DNA of 64,000 nt from the NCBI GenBank assembly GCA_964345005.1, contig CAYFPQ010000001.1, forward strand, positions 38,751-102,750. Reading direction: 5' to 3'. Shown here piece after piece: positions 18,110 through 30,539 of this stretch (its first letter is position 1; each line of letters begins with the position of its first letter). The translations under genes were made by a program, and so were the position numbers. The notes beneath the pieces were generated by a model. That model had not been told where the DNA came from. It did no database searches and saw only the letters and a program-made list of their open reading frames with translations. The stretch comes from an uncultured Victivallales bacterium. GTDB taxonomy: Bacteria; Verrucomicrobiota; Kiritimatiellia; UBA8416; JABMPJ01.

Positions 18110-19465
18110 ATGATGGGCATCAGGCAAACGATAAAGTCTCGCTTGGGGCCGCTGTGGTGGTATTCGGCGCTACAGTTTGTGTTCTCGAAAATTGAGAACT
18201 TGGTCAATCTGTTCGTCGGTGCCTTCTTGATGGTGGACTTGGTTGGCCAGGACGACCTCGGTGTAGTGGTTCCCTTCAAGATGATTATCGCTTTCGCGGC
18301 ACTGCCGATGGGCGTATTGACACGTACGGCCGTAAAGTTCATCAACGCATTCCATGTTGGCGAACAGAAGGGTGAGGTCAAGGCTCTGCTGCGGGACCTG
18401 GGTGCAGTGGCGCTGGTCCTGTCGATCTTTTCTGTCTTGGTGCTCTGGCTGGGGCAGGGGCCTTTCCAAGCGCGACTCAAGTTCGAGGATCCGCGTATCT
18501 ATTGGGTGATGGTAGCAACATTGGTGGTTTCTCTGTGGATGCCGGTGCTGGCCGTGGCGGCTCAGGGATTGATGCGCTTTCGGCATATGATCCTATCGAG
18601 CGTGGTCAGGCCACTGGTCTACCTCGTGCTGATGCTGATTCTGCTTAAGCAGTTCCAGTTAATGGGATATCTGATGGCCATGCTTGGAGCTTCATGTGCC
18701 GTGCTGCTGTATCTGCTTTGGTCGATCCGCGCGTACATCGGACCGGGAGTCAGGGCATTGAGCTATGGGGCGGAGTGGGGGCGGATTCGACGGTACGGTG
18801 TGAATGTTGGGTCCGTGACCTTGCTCCTTGGTTTCGCGGCGATCATTGAGCCGCTGACCATACGACACTTTGCATCGCGCGTCGACTCGGCCGCATACTA
18901 TGTGGCGTTCATGTTTGGGCAGATTCCTCTGTACCTGTCGGCGGCCTTCACGCCGTTTCTTTTCCCTTTGGTATCCCAGCGTTTTGAGAGAGGAGAGAAG
19001 ACGGATCATATGTTGATCCAGTCCGTGGTGGCCATGCTCGTTATCGGCGTACCTCTGCTGGTGTTCTTCATCTTTGGCGGGCGCTGGCTGTTGGGATTGC
19101 GCCTATCGTGGAGTCAATACGTGAGCTATGCTCCTCTGCTGTGGAAGATCGGTGTTGTTAGCATTCTACAGAGCCTGCTGATAGCGTTTATGGCTCATCA
19201 ACATGCGTGTAACCGGTTCCGGCACGTGCAGTGGTTTGTCGGTGTGCTCGTTCTGGAGATCGTTCTTCTCTACTTCTTCATGGGATGGCACGAGTTGCGC
19301 GGAGTGGTTCCGGGAGAGCTGTGGGAAACGGTCCAAGAAGTGGTGCAGCACAAGTTGGCGTTTGTCGTTTGGATGATGATTGGAACGAGGGCGCTGCTAA
19401 CTATGACTGCTGCATGGTGCTTCGTGAGGCAAAGACCCTTCTCCTCTACTCAGTTAATCGCGTGA
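18110..19465 (+). CDS. polysaccharide biosynthesis protein / Wzx-like flippase (MOP superfamily)
   Basis: 451 aa with ~12 predicted TM helices. Start set at the ATG directly after the preceding gene's stop; the track ORF from 17834 overlaps the upstream CDS. Confidence 0.65.
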   Translation: MMGIRQTIKSRLGPLWWYSALQFVFSKIENLVNLFVGAFLMVDLVGQDDLGVVVPFKMIIAFAALPMGVLTRTAVKFINAFHVGEQKGEVKALLRDLGAVALVLSIFSVLVLWLGQGPFQARLKFEDPRIYWVMVATLVVSLWMPVLAVAAQGLMRFRHMILSSVVRPLVYLVLMLILLKQFQLMGYLMAMLGASCAVLLYLLWSIRAYIGPGVRALSYGAEWGRIRRYGVNVGSVTLLLGFAAIIEPLTIRHFASRVDSAAYYVAFMFGQIPLYLSAAFTPFLFPLVSQRFERGEKTDHMLIQSVVAMLVIGVPLLVFFIFGGRWLLGLRLSWSQYVSYAPLLWKIGVVSILQSLLIAFMAHQHACNRFRHVQWFVGVLVLEIVLLYFFMGWHELRGVVPGELWETVQEVVQHKLAFVVWMMIGTRALLTMTAAWCFVRQRPFSSTQLIA

Positions 19466-21768
19466 GCTCGGAGCTCGGATTCGGTTCGCTCCGTGGCGGG
19501 CCCAGCTGAGTCCGACTGCATCGCTGACGGGTCAAGCGTCCACGACTGCCTCAGACGGACGCGCTTCGCATAGGGTCGGGGATGTGAGAAGTTCCAGGCA
19601 GAAACGACCTGGTTGCCGGATTGCATGCCCGGGAACCCATTGGGTTCGAACTGCCAGACTGTCATGTTCGGCAACTGAGAGCTTCCCTTGTACTTGTGCC
19701 CGGGTCTTCCGCCGGGGATCGTCTGTTGTTCTACCGTTTCCCATTCGCCGGCGGAGGTGATATCTCCCCATTTCGTCCGCAGGCAGAGGGAAACCAGGCT
19801 GCCCTGCACGGTCGGCTCAAAGTCCACTTCCCACGTATGCTTTCCGGGTAGGATATTCAGGCGTCGCACGTCGAGCCGGGCTTTCGAGTCACCCTTGGCG
19901 ATTTCGATGCCATCCAGCAAGAGGGCGTACTTGCCCCGCATATGGAACCCAATCAGCGCATGGCTCTCATCCTCGTGGAGCCAGATTAGATCCTTCGCTT
20001 GTCGGGCTGCCGGCGTGTAGCTGCTAGAGGAGATTTGCTCCAGTGTGGGGCGGATGGATTCGAATCCGTTAGCCCTCTCCCTATAGGCTGCAGCACGCAG
20101 GCGCAACAGGTCTGCCCACGGATAGCGGGCGTAGCGCGCTGCGAAGAAGTCGCATCGCGTCGCCGCATCAGCCCACAGGCCTTCTCGCTCAAGCGTGAAG
20201 AGCATAGCCATCAGCCCCGGGAGTTCGAACCGGTCGGCCGGGCGCCTGAGCAGCGGCTCTTGGTTGGCTGGTAATGTGCAATCTTGAGGTGTGTCCGCAT
20301 ACCAGTACGACACGCTTGAAAGGTATCCCTGGGCTCGGTGGCGATCCCCAAACTCGATCCCCACCGTAAGCGAATCTTCGAAATCAACTGCGTCGAGCCC
20401 GTGGAAGCGGTACTGGTCGGTTCGCATGGCGCCCTTTTCGATCAGCCCGTGGTAAGGGAGATCGAAAAGGCTGGTGTAGTAGTAGGCGCCGTTGAAGTAG
20501 TCCTCGAGACCGGTACCAAATTGTCCCGGCTGCTTGCCTTCGTCCGGGAGCACGAATTCGTCTCCTTCGAGGATGGTCCACGATCCATCCTGGCCAATGG
20601 CAGTGAGATAGCAGCCGATGTAGTGACCAGAGGATTTGGCAGTGCACAGCGTGAATGGCCGGCCGGATGTCGCAGATGCGGCCCAGTTTGCATGGAAGTA
20701 CCGGGCTGATGCAGAAGGTTCCGCATCGGAAACGTTCACGGCTGCCTCCACGCGCACGGGAACGGCCCCGTAGTTAGCCAACCCTACGCGCGCTCCCTGG
20801 TGGAAAGGCATGGGAAAGCGACAGAGAAACGTGTCGTTGAGACGGGCAAGAGGAAAAGCGGCAAACTCGCGGGTATAGAAGGCATTGCAGAAGAAATCGC
20901 CGATGGGAACATCCATGCTGGGACGCTGTTCTCCGTCCCACCACGCTTGCAGGCGGATGTTACGAAGTAAGGCGTGTTTGAGCTGATCGCGCGGGGATGG
21001 ATCGGCAATACGAAGCACCATGGATGTGATACTACCCGAACCGGTATGGTCGGAGACGACGGTACTTGCCCCAGGCTGAAGCGTATGGGTCTGGCCAGGG
21101 CTTTCACTGGACAGGGAAAGCATGGTCTGTCGGTCCTTTTCGAGTGCAGTGCTGGCCGCCACGATGGCGTTGCTCTGCGCTGGGGAGAGAGTGCTGGGCC
21201 AGGACTGAGCTGTCATGCTCGAGTCTGTCAGCGTATAGTTGATATGGAAGTAATTGCGGTCATTAATCTGCAGACGGGAAGGCTCCATCTCGATGCGAAG
21301 GCTCTTGGCGAACGGGATGGGAACCGTACAGAATCTCCCTCCGCCCGACTTGCCTGCAAGGGGACCGAGGAATGGGAACTCACCCCCAAACATCTCTTTG
21401 AGCGTCGGCGTTAGACGAGGCGTGGATTCACCGTCAAAGAAGAAGAACAGGCGTTTGGCATAGAATGTAGCGACCCAGATGCGCGAAATATAGCCGGGTC
21501 CATCTAAGTCCAAGATCGTTACCCGCCCACTTGAGTTTGTGCCGGACCAAACAGCCCAGTCCCTGTTGCCACCGGACCGGTCGTAAGAAGATTCAAGAAA
21601 TGATTCTCCGAGCGGTCGCTCGGAAAAAACATCAGGATTGGCCATTCGCATCACGAGCGACTCGACCGTCACGGGAACGTCCGGGGGTGGCGTTGGGCGG
21701 CGGCAGGAGGCGACCAAGGCGGCGAGAAGAATGGATAGGGCTAGAGTGGTGACACGCGGCGTCTTCAT
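19450..21768 (-). CDS. DUF2961 (glycoside hydrolase family 172-like) secreted lipoprotein
   Basis: 772 aa. Signal/lipobox 'LLAALVASC'. DUF2961 core segments such as '...GDFFCNAFY...' and 'GTGLEDYFNGAYYY'. Confidence 0.75.
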   Translation of the reverse strand: MKTPRVTTLALSILLAALVASCRRPTPPPDVPVTVESLVMRMANPDVFSERPLGESFLESSYDRSGGNRDWAVWSGTNSSGRVTILDLDGPGYISRIWVATFYAKRLFFFFDGESTPRLTPTLKEMFGGEFPFLGPLAGKSGGGRFCTVPIPFAKSLRIEMEPSRLQINDRNYFHINYTLTDSSMTAQSWPSTLSPAQSNAIVAASTALEKDRQTMLSLSSESPGQTHTLQPGASTVVSDHTGSGSITSMVLRIADPSPRDQLKHALLRNIRLQAWWDGEQRPSMDVPIGDFFCNAFYTREFAAFPLARLNDTFLCRFPMPFHQGARVGLANYGAVPVRVEAAVNVSDAEPSASARYFHANWAASATSGRPFTLCTAKSSGHYIGCYLTAIGQDGSWTILEGDEFVLPDEGKQPGQFGTGLEDYFNGAYYYTSLFDLPYHGLIEKGAMRTDQYRFHGLDAVDFEDSLTVGIEFGDRHRAQGYLSSVSYWYADTPQDCTLPANQEPLLRRPADRFELPGLMAMLFTLEREGLWADAATRCDFFAARYARYPWADLLRLRAAAYRERANGFESIRPTLEQISSSSYTPAARQAKDLIWLHEDESHALIGFHMRGKYALLLDGIEIAKGDSKARLDVRRLNILPGKHTWEVDFEPTVQGSLVSLCLRTKWGDITSAGEWETVEQQTIPGGRPGHKYKGSSQLPNMTVWQFEPNGFPGMQSGNQVVSAWNFSHPRPYAKRVRLRQSWTLDPSAMQSDSAGPATERTESELRAHAIN

Positions 21769-21897
21769 GGATGTGTTTATAGCAGACGATTCAGGTAGAA
21801 GGAAGAAGGGAAGCCGCTTGCCTTTGGTCCGTGCGTATGTCTATTCTGTAGTCAAGATAGGCTTCGGTCGGGGAGCTTGGTAGGAAGGAGAGGCGCG

Positions 21898-25311
<3,414 letters not shown>

Positions 25312-25379
25312 CTATATGAAACAGCGTAGCAAATAGTCAGAATACATGAGTTCAAGAAAGCGTATGAGGTGGTGATTCG

Positions 25380-25575
25380 GTGGGGCTGTGGGACGGGGGA
25401 GGTCAAGGATGGGGAGGAGGTCGAAGGCCGGAAGCCGGAAGCCGGAAGCCGGAAGTCGGAGGGCGGAGATCGGAATGGCCCCAGGCATTCTGCTTGGGTT
25501 ATGATCCTCCGTCGCCCTGTGGGCTATGGAGGACTCGTGTGCGACTCCTTTGGGGTGCGGGGGAGGATGACCTGT
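25380..25575. repeat. composite dispersed repeat containing an (RGYCGGA)8 heptamer array (25419-25475)
   Basis: 'ggtcgaa ggccgga agccgga agccgga agccgga agtcgga gggcgga gatcgga'. Flanks match 7932-7955 and 27880-27900 ('cctttggggtgcgg'). Confidence 0.7.
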
Positions 25576-25577
25576 AG

Positions 25578-25712
25578 AAGTATCCGTCTCCGCTGCGCTA
25601 CGCCGTGACAAGCGTGTGGAAGCATGGGGCGGAACAGCATCAGGAAGAGCTGCTTGAGGATTGGAAACTTGCCGAGAAGCACGGGGATCTCAAGGCGATT
25701 GAGCCACTACGA
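25578..25712 (+). pseudogene. C-terminal remnant of a DUF4160 protein (partner of the downstream DUF2442 gene), 5'-truncated by the repeat
   Basis: '...RYAVTSVWKHGAEQHQEELLEDWKLAEKHGDLKAIEPLR*' matches the conserved DUF4160 C-terminus (HQEELLENWELA...IEPL). A stop lies immediately upstream and there is no start. Confidence 0.5.
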
Positions 25713-25724
25713 TAATACGTCGAT

Positions 25725-26024
25725 ATGTACTGGGATATCACAGATGCTGAATATGAGGCTGAGTACCGGATTCGTGTTCGTTTCCGTGATGGAAATTCTG
25801 GTGTTGTCGATCTCAAGCCGTTGATCGAGAAGGGAGGCGTTTTCAGCGCCCTGCGCGACATGGAGGCGTTCAGGGCTTTCTCTGTCGATCCCGAATGGCA
25901 TGTTCTGTCCTGGGAAGACGGCCGGATTGATGTTGCCCCCGAAACAATCTATGAAGAGGCAACCGGAGAGAACGTTCTTCCGCTTGTTGCGGAGAGCCGC
26001 GCTTCCTACGGCACTCAAGCATAG
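25725..26024 (+). CDS. DUF2442 domain protein
   Basis: 99 aa. 'YRIRVRFRDGNSGVVDLKPLIEKGGVFSALRD...' is typical DUF2442. In most genomes it is paired with DUF4160. Confidence 0.75.
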   Translation: MYWDITDAEYEAEYRIRVRFRDGNSGVVDLKPLIEKGGVFSALRDMEAFRAFSVDPEWHVLSWEDGRIDVAPETIYEEATGENVLPLVAESRASYGTQA

Positions 26025-26235
26025 GCGGCATCCCTTTCATCGTCTTTTTTTACGGTTCGTCCGCAGAATCTATGGGTGGGCAACGGCACCTGCACAATCA
26101 GGAAGTGATTGCGAGGCGCGGAGAAAGAGGTGCAAATCTTGCGAAGAACGGGCAAGATTATTCCGTAACAGAATTGGCCGGGTCGCATAGAGCGGTTAAG
26201 CAGGTCGTTTAAGAGTAACCGGGCAAGGGTGGCGG

Positions 26236-26370
26236 TTAAGCAATCGAGTCAATGTCGGTCGTGGAACAGTTGCCCATTCTGATCCAGATTACCTTGGGTG
26301 GGAATCCGATGAGGGCACTGCGATCACTGTAATCCGCATCCTTTGTCACGATGATGAAATCGTTGCGCGG
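26236..26370 (-). pseudogene. C-terminal remnant of a DUF5615 protein
   Basis: '...NDFIIVTKDADYSDRSALIGFPPKVIWIRMGNCSTTDIDSIA*' matches the DUF5615 C-terminus (…VTKDADF…PPKVIWLRLGN…). The upstream part of the ORF is not DUF5615-like. Confidence 0.45.
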
Positions 26371-26679
26371 GCGAACGCCCATAGTTGGATGTCGTTTGCC
26401 CGGGCCAGCCCGAGGTCCTTCCCCTCGCAAGTAAAGCCAAGCTTATGCCTGGCGCACCCTCGTCTCGATCGCCGTCGACTGAACTCGCATGCCACAGTTG
26501 ACTCACAATAAACTCGCGACCGCAGAAACCCAGGGGTGGCGGTTTACTAAGACCTCTGGCATTGAAGCTCAACCCGGGGCAATCTTGTACTGTATGCCAT
26601 TATGCAGATATAGATAAAATGGTCTTGATGTTGCTCGGATAAGCATTATGCTGACTTGTGTAAACGAAGGGAATAGACC

Positions 26680-27798
26680 ATGAATCCATTCAAGTATGGG
26701 CAAGTTGTGCGTGGACGCGATTTCTGCCCGCGTCCGGAGTTACAAACGGCTCTTGCGAGTCATGTGGAGTCACGGCAGAACGTCCACGTGACAGGAGAGC
26801 GACGCACTGGGAAGACGTCGCTTATTCTTGAAACAGTTTCGAAACTGAAGCTGTCTCTCATTCACGTCGACCTGTTTCAGGTTAAGTCGACGCATGACGT
26901 GTACATGAGGATGCTTGACGGGGTTCTCACCCACAACACTTCGACCGCTTTCGTCAAGAGGTTGATGCAGGGCATCGCTTCGTTGAGGCCGACCATGAGT
27001 TACGACCAAGTCTCGGGAGCGCCCTCCATCAGTATTGCCCCTTCTGAGAACGTCATGCCGGCAACCGTTGTTGGATTGCTCGATTTCATCAGAGAGAAGC
27101 TGGGCCAACGTGGGCTGGTGGTCTTTATCGATGAGTTCCAGGATGTGACCGAGCTGAAAGAAAAGGATGAGATGCTCGCGCTGATGAGAAGTCGAATCCA
27201 GTTACATGCGGATATCACCTATGTCTATGCCGGAAGCGTCAGAAGACGGATGGATGACATTTTCTACAATCCGGACAGCCCTTTCTACAAATCGGCCCTT
27301 CCCGTTAAGGTGGAGAGTCTCAACAGCCTGACATTCAGCAACTATCTGATGCAGCGCTTTGCATCCGGAGGAAGACCCGTTTCCGGTGAGATCATTGAAC
27401 AGATATTCGATCTGACTCATTCGAATCCCGGTGATGTTCAAGAACTCTGTAACGCGTTATGGGATGTGACGGCTGATGAGTCGGCCATTCGCGACGATGA
27501 CGTTGGCCGGGCAGTTATGGAGATCTTCATCAGGGAGAAGCCCTATTACGAACAGGTTGTCAGCGCGATCAGCGATACTCAGCTCAGGTTTCTGCGGGGA
27601 TTGGCTGAATTCGATGGCAAGCAGATCTACTCCAGAGCATTTCTTGAGTACACGGGAATCAAGCAGCCTGCGTCTGTTACGCGTGCGCTCAAGCGAATGG
27701 TGGATCTCAAAGTCGTCTATACCTATGGCAAGCAACACAAGTTCGCCAGCCCGTTCTTCCGGCTGTGGCTGCTCGACGCCGTAGGGGGCAAGTCTTGA
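26680..27798 (+). CDS. AAA ATPase of the PF01637 ('archaeal ATPase') type with C-terminal DUF234
   Basis: Walker A 'GERRTGKTS', Walker B 'VVFIDEFQ', C-terminal '...KFASPFFRLWLLD' DUF234 signature. Preceded by an AT-rich promoter-like region at 26580-26680. Confidence 0.8.
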   Translation: MNPFKYGQVVRGRDFCPRPELQTALASHVESRQNVHVTGERRTGKTSLILETVSKLKLSLIHVDLFQVKSTHDVYMRMLDGVLTHNTSTAFVKRLMQGIASLRPTMSYDQVSGAPSISIAPSENVMPATVVGLLDFIREKLGQRGLVVFIDEFQDVTELKEKDEMLALMRSRIQLHADITYVYAGSVRRRMDDIFYNPDSPFYKSALPVKVESLNSLTFSNYLMQRFASGGRPVSGEIIEQIFDLTHSNPGDVQELCNALWDVTADESAIRDDDVGRAVMEIFIREKPYYEQVVSAISDTQLRFLRGLAEFDGKQIYSRAFLEYTGIKQPASVTRALKRMVDLKVVYTYGKQHKFASPFFRLWLLDAVGGKS

Positions 27799-27834
27799 TG
27801 TGGCTGAGTAGAAGTGGGTAGGGTCAGATAATAG

Positions 27835-27915
27835 CATTCTCCCGTCTGGGTCGTGGGAGAGGGGCGGGGGGAGGGCTATGATGTGGCACCCCTTTGGGGT
27901 GCGGTAGGAAGAGGG
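27835..27915. repeat. partial copy of the composite repeat (shares 'cctttggggtgcgg' and 'ggctatgatg' segments)
   Basis: Similarity to 25540-25560 and 7960-7985. Lies adjacent to the DUF2283 stop. Confidence 0.4.
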
Positions 27916-28137
27916 TCAGGCAGGCTGAAGCACCTTCTTGTCTACATCTAGGATGTAGGAGAGGATGGTGCGTATGTCAAAGCGCTTGGAGGCATCCAGA
28001 ATCTCGATGCCGACCAGGCGACCGTTGGTTGTTGTATCGAGGTTGACGCCTTCGGTCAGCTCGGAGACGCCATCCGGCGTTTCGTCGCCCAAACGCAGGT
28101 AGAGCGCGTCGACTTCTTTATCGTAATGTACTTTCAT
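27916..28137 (-). CDS. DUF2283 domain protein (antitoxin-like partner)
   Basis: 73 aa. 'KVHYDKEVDALYLRL...GRLVGIEILDAS' is typical DUF2283. Confidence 0.75.
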   Translation of the reverse strand: MKVHYDKEVDALYLRLGDETPDGVSELTEGVNLDTTTNGRLVGIEILDASKRFDIRTILSYILDVDKKVLQPA

Positions 28138-28358
28138 CGCGTCGCCTTCTTCACTGGATACGCTGTGATCACAACCGTTTCTTCAGTCTTTACCTCATAG
28201 ACAACCTTGATCGGCAACCTGCGGCCGGGAAGATGACGTGTTACACTCTGACGACCAGGTTCATCGGCCAGCGGCAGGAGCTTGGTAACGGCTTCCTCGT
28301 TGATGTCATACAGCTTCATCCTCCTTCGCGCATGTCGGGAGAATCGAACTTGTGCCAT
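28134..28358 (-). CDS. DUF4258 domain protein (toxin-like partner), overlapping DUF2283 by 4 nt
   Basis: 74 aa. 'FSRHARRRMKLYDINEEAV' is DUF4258-like. Confidence 0.7.
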   Translation of the reverse strand: MAQVRFSRHARRRMKLYDINEEAVTKLLPLADEPGRQSVTRHLPGRRLPIKVVYEVKTEETVVITAYPVKKATR

Positions 28359-28434
28359 GCGGTGCTCCGATTGTCCTGCTCTGACTAAGATTATGCACTG
28401 GGGCAGAAGCGATGTCCAGATGTTAGACAGGGCA

Positions 28435-28917
28435 CTAATCCCCGAACTTGGCGGCGAGATGAGCCTGAACGGAGGGGGGGACGAACTCGCTGGTGTCGCC
28501 GCCGAGCTGGGCGACTTCGCGGACCGTACTGGAGCTGACGTAGCTGTGGATTTCTTTGGGCATCATGAAGAGCGTTTCGATCTCGGGTTCGAGCTTACGG
28601 TTGGTCAGGGCCATCTGGAACTCGTACTCGAAGTCGGAATAGGCGCGCAACCCGCGAATCAGTATCCCTGCGCCCTTGGCGCGGGCGTACTTCACGAGCA
28701 GATCGTTAAACGTGTCGACTTCGACGTTTTCGAACTGCGCCGTCACCTCGCTGGCCATGGCCAGGCGCTCTTCCACACTGAAAAGTGTCGATTTCGGCGT
28801 CGATTCCGCAACGGCGAGTACGACGCGCTCGAAAATCTCGGACGAGCGTTCGATAAGGTCGAGATGTCCCAATGTGATGGGGTCGAATGTACCTGCGTAG
28901 ACAGCGGTCGTTCTCAT
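28435..28917 (-). CDS. coaD: phosphopantetheine adenylyltransferase
   Basis: 'AVYAGTFDPITLGHLDLIERS' contains the H/TxGH motif. 160 aa. Confidence 0.9.
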   Translation of the reverse strand: MRTTAVYAGTFDPITLGHLDLIERSSEIFERVVLAVAESTPKSTLFSVEERLAMASEVTAQFENVEVDTFNDLLVKYARAKGAGILIRGLRAYSDFEYEFQMALTNRKLEPEIETLFMMPKEIHSYVSSSTVREVAQLGGDTSEFVPPSVQAHLAAKFGD

Positions 28918-29074
28918 AGTAGGACTCCTCTTGTCTGTTCGTGGCTGTTAGGAGCGAGTCATGGACGTTCCGGCATTTCCCTCGCGCAATCCAGCCGCAG
29001 ATACTGTGGCGATCCCCCTCTTCAGTGATCGGGGGATCATTGACTCCTGCCGGGTAAACCGGCAGGGGGTCAGA

Positions 29075-29668
29075 TTACGTGCTGTCAGTGCGTGCAAATG
29101 CTCTTATGCGTGTCTTTCCGTATTCACGATCGACCACAGTCTGCCAACCCTCGGGCGCCTCGGTCTTAGATGCGCGGCGTCCACCGGGTGATTCATACAT
29201 GAAAATGCCGTCCTTGGCCAGCACCTGTCCTTCACGGATCAGCTCAAGCAGCTCGGTGAGCGGATCCTGCTGACCTGTCCGGGCATCAGCATAGGGCGGG
29301 TCGGCGTAAATGATGTCGTAAGGGGGACGTCCCGCGGCGCGGCGCAGGAAGCGCAATGCGTCGTCTGCGACCACTCTTGTGTTGCTTCCGACTTCTGACC
29401 TCTGGCCTCCGACCTCCGACACATTGGCGCGTAGCACGGCCAATGTGGAACGGTTCTGCTCTACCCAGGTGATTTCAGCGGCGCCGCGACTGAGCGCTTC
29501 AAGGCCGACAGCTCCGGAACCGGCGTACAGATCCAGAAACCGCGCGTCCGGTACACGAGACATCAGGATGTTGAACACGGCCTGGCGTACCATGTCCTGC
29601 GTGGGGCGCACGCCAGACTTCGGTGTCCGCAGATTCCTGCCCCTGTACTGACCTCCTGTGATGCGCAT
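29075..29668 (-). CDS. rsmD: 16S rRNA (guanine966-N2)-methyltransferase RsmD, carrying an in-frame heptamer-repeat segment
   Basis: 'DLYAGSGAVGLEALSRGA' ... 'ADPPY' motifs. The segment 'SEVGGQRSEVGS' is encoded by the GGAAGTC-type array at 29384-29420. Confidence 0.85.
   Translation of the reverse strand: MRITGGQYRGRNLRTPKSGVRPTQDMVRQAVFNILMSRVPDARFLDLYAGSGAVGLEALSRGAAEITWVEQNRSTLAVLRANVSEVGGQRSEVGSNTRVVADDALRFLRRAAGRPPYDIIYADPPYADARTGQQDPLTELLELIREGQVLAKDGIFMYESPGGRRASKTEAPEGWQTVVDREYGKTRIRAFARTDST
29384..29420. repeat. heptanucleotide array (reverse complement GGAGGTC GGAGGCC AGAGGTC AGAAGTC GGAAGC) in-frame inside rsmD
   Basis: Same units as 10563-10596. Read in place of the normally conserved inter-motif loop of RsmD. 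Confidence 0.7.
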
Positions 29669-29693
29669 GGCGGGACTGTATAATAAGGGATAC

Positions 29694-29721
29694 AGAAGTC
29701 GGAAGTCAGAAGTCGCAAGAA
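29694..29721. repeat. heptanucleotide tandem array (AGAAGTC GGAAGTC AGAAGTC GCAAGAA) in the divergent rsmD/yceD promoter region
   Basis: Direct reading of the sequence. Intergenic, between divergently transcribed genes. Confidence 0.7.
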
Positions 29722-29766
29722 CGCTTTCCCTTGCCGGGAATTGGGCGGGCGCGGTAGATTGAAGGC

Positions 29767-30231
29767 ATGGAAGCGATCATCATTGCGCGGCTGCCCGAGG
29801 AGGGCGAGCAGTTCAAGGGCGAGGATCCGCCAGAGGTTCTGGAGGTGCAGCCGGACGATGCGGTGGTTTCGGTGGGACCACTGCGCTATGACCTCACGGC
29901 GACACCGCTGATGGGGGATGAGCTGCTGGTGAGGGGAAATGTTCGGTGTGAAGTCGTCTTCCGATGCTCCCGCTGTGCTGCAGAGTTCGCCCGGGAGGTG
30001 GCCGAAGACCCCTATGTGCGGTCCTACGAACTGCACGATGAAACCGAATCTGTGGACTTGACCCCCGATATGCGTGAGGCTACACTCCTCGCCTTTCCTG
30101 CATACCCGGTGTGCGATTCGGACTGTTTGGGACTATGTTCGAAGTGTGGGAAGGACCTGAACGAGGGCCCGTGTGAGTGCGTCCCTGAACCGGATGCGCG
30201 TTGGGACCAGCTCAGGGGTTTAGAGCTTTAG
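29767..30231 (+). CDS. yceD: YceD/DUF177 family protein (23S rRNA accumulation / large-subunit assembly)
   Basis: 154 aa. Cys cluster 'CSRCAAEF...CDSDCLGLCSKCGKDLNEGPCEC'. Conserved position directly upstream of rpmF. Confidence 0.8.
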   Translation: MEAIIIARLPEEGEQFKGEDPPEVLEVQPDDAVVSVGPLRYDLTATPLMGDELLVRGNVRCEVVFRCSRCAAEFAREVAEDPYVRSYELHDETESVDLTPDMREATLLAFPAYPVCDSDCLGLCSKCGKDLNEGPCECVPEPDARWDQLRGLEL

Positions 30232-30240
30232 GGGGAAAAC

Positions 30241-30423
30241 ATGGCAGTACCGAAAAGAAAGTCATCGAAAAGCAAGATTCGTACACGCAGGGCGTCTCAT
30301 AAGACGACTGTGAATCCTGCCAAGCCCTGCCCTGAGTGTGGCGCTGCACAGCAGCCGCACCGCGCCTGTCCGTCCTGCGGTTACTATCGCGGCCGACAGG
30401 TTGTCTCAGTTTCGGCAGAGTAG
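30241..30423 (+). CDS. rpmF: 50S ribosomal protein L32
   Basis: 'MAVPKRKSSKSKIRTRRA...CPECGAAQQPHRACPSCGYY'. 60 aa. Confidence 0.9.
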   Translation: MAVPKRKSSKSKIRTRRASHKTTVNPAKPCPECGAAQQPHRACPSCGYYRGRQVVSVSAE

Positions 30424-30469
30424 CTGAATCGGATCCAGGAGTGCCCGAGACAGGGACACTTCGCGTTAA

Positions 30470-30495
30470 CCCAGGGCGATAGCCCTGGGTTTTCC
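30470..30495 (+). terminator. putative intrinsic terminator/attenuator after rpmF (CCCAGGG-loop-CCCTGGG + TTTTCC)
   Basis: 7-bp GC stem followed by a T-run. plsX follows 45 nt downstream, so termination may be partial. Confidence 0.45.
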
Positions 30496-30539
30496 ATAGG
30501 TTGGCAGAAGCGCCACGGGGCGCGGGAGAGACAACTCGC

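Noticed and set aside
17834-19465. 543-aa form of the flippase ORF
   Set aside because: Its first ~90 codons overlap the 3' end of the AAA_14 gene. ATG 18110, after that gene's stop, gives a normal ~450-aa MOP flippase.
25419-25475. CRISPR array, considered because of regularly spaced short repeats
   Set aside because: The units are 7 nt with no spacers, far below CRISPR repeat/spacer dimensions. No cas genes are present in the window.
26030-26240. Possible small RNA or tRNA-like element (repeated 'GGTTAAGCA' motifs) in the intergenic region after DUF2442
   Set aside because: No cloverleaf or known ncRNA structure could be built by eye. It is more likely decayed sequence within the remnant-rich region.
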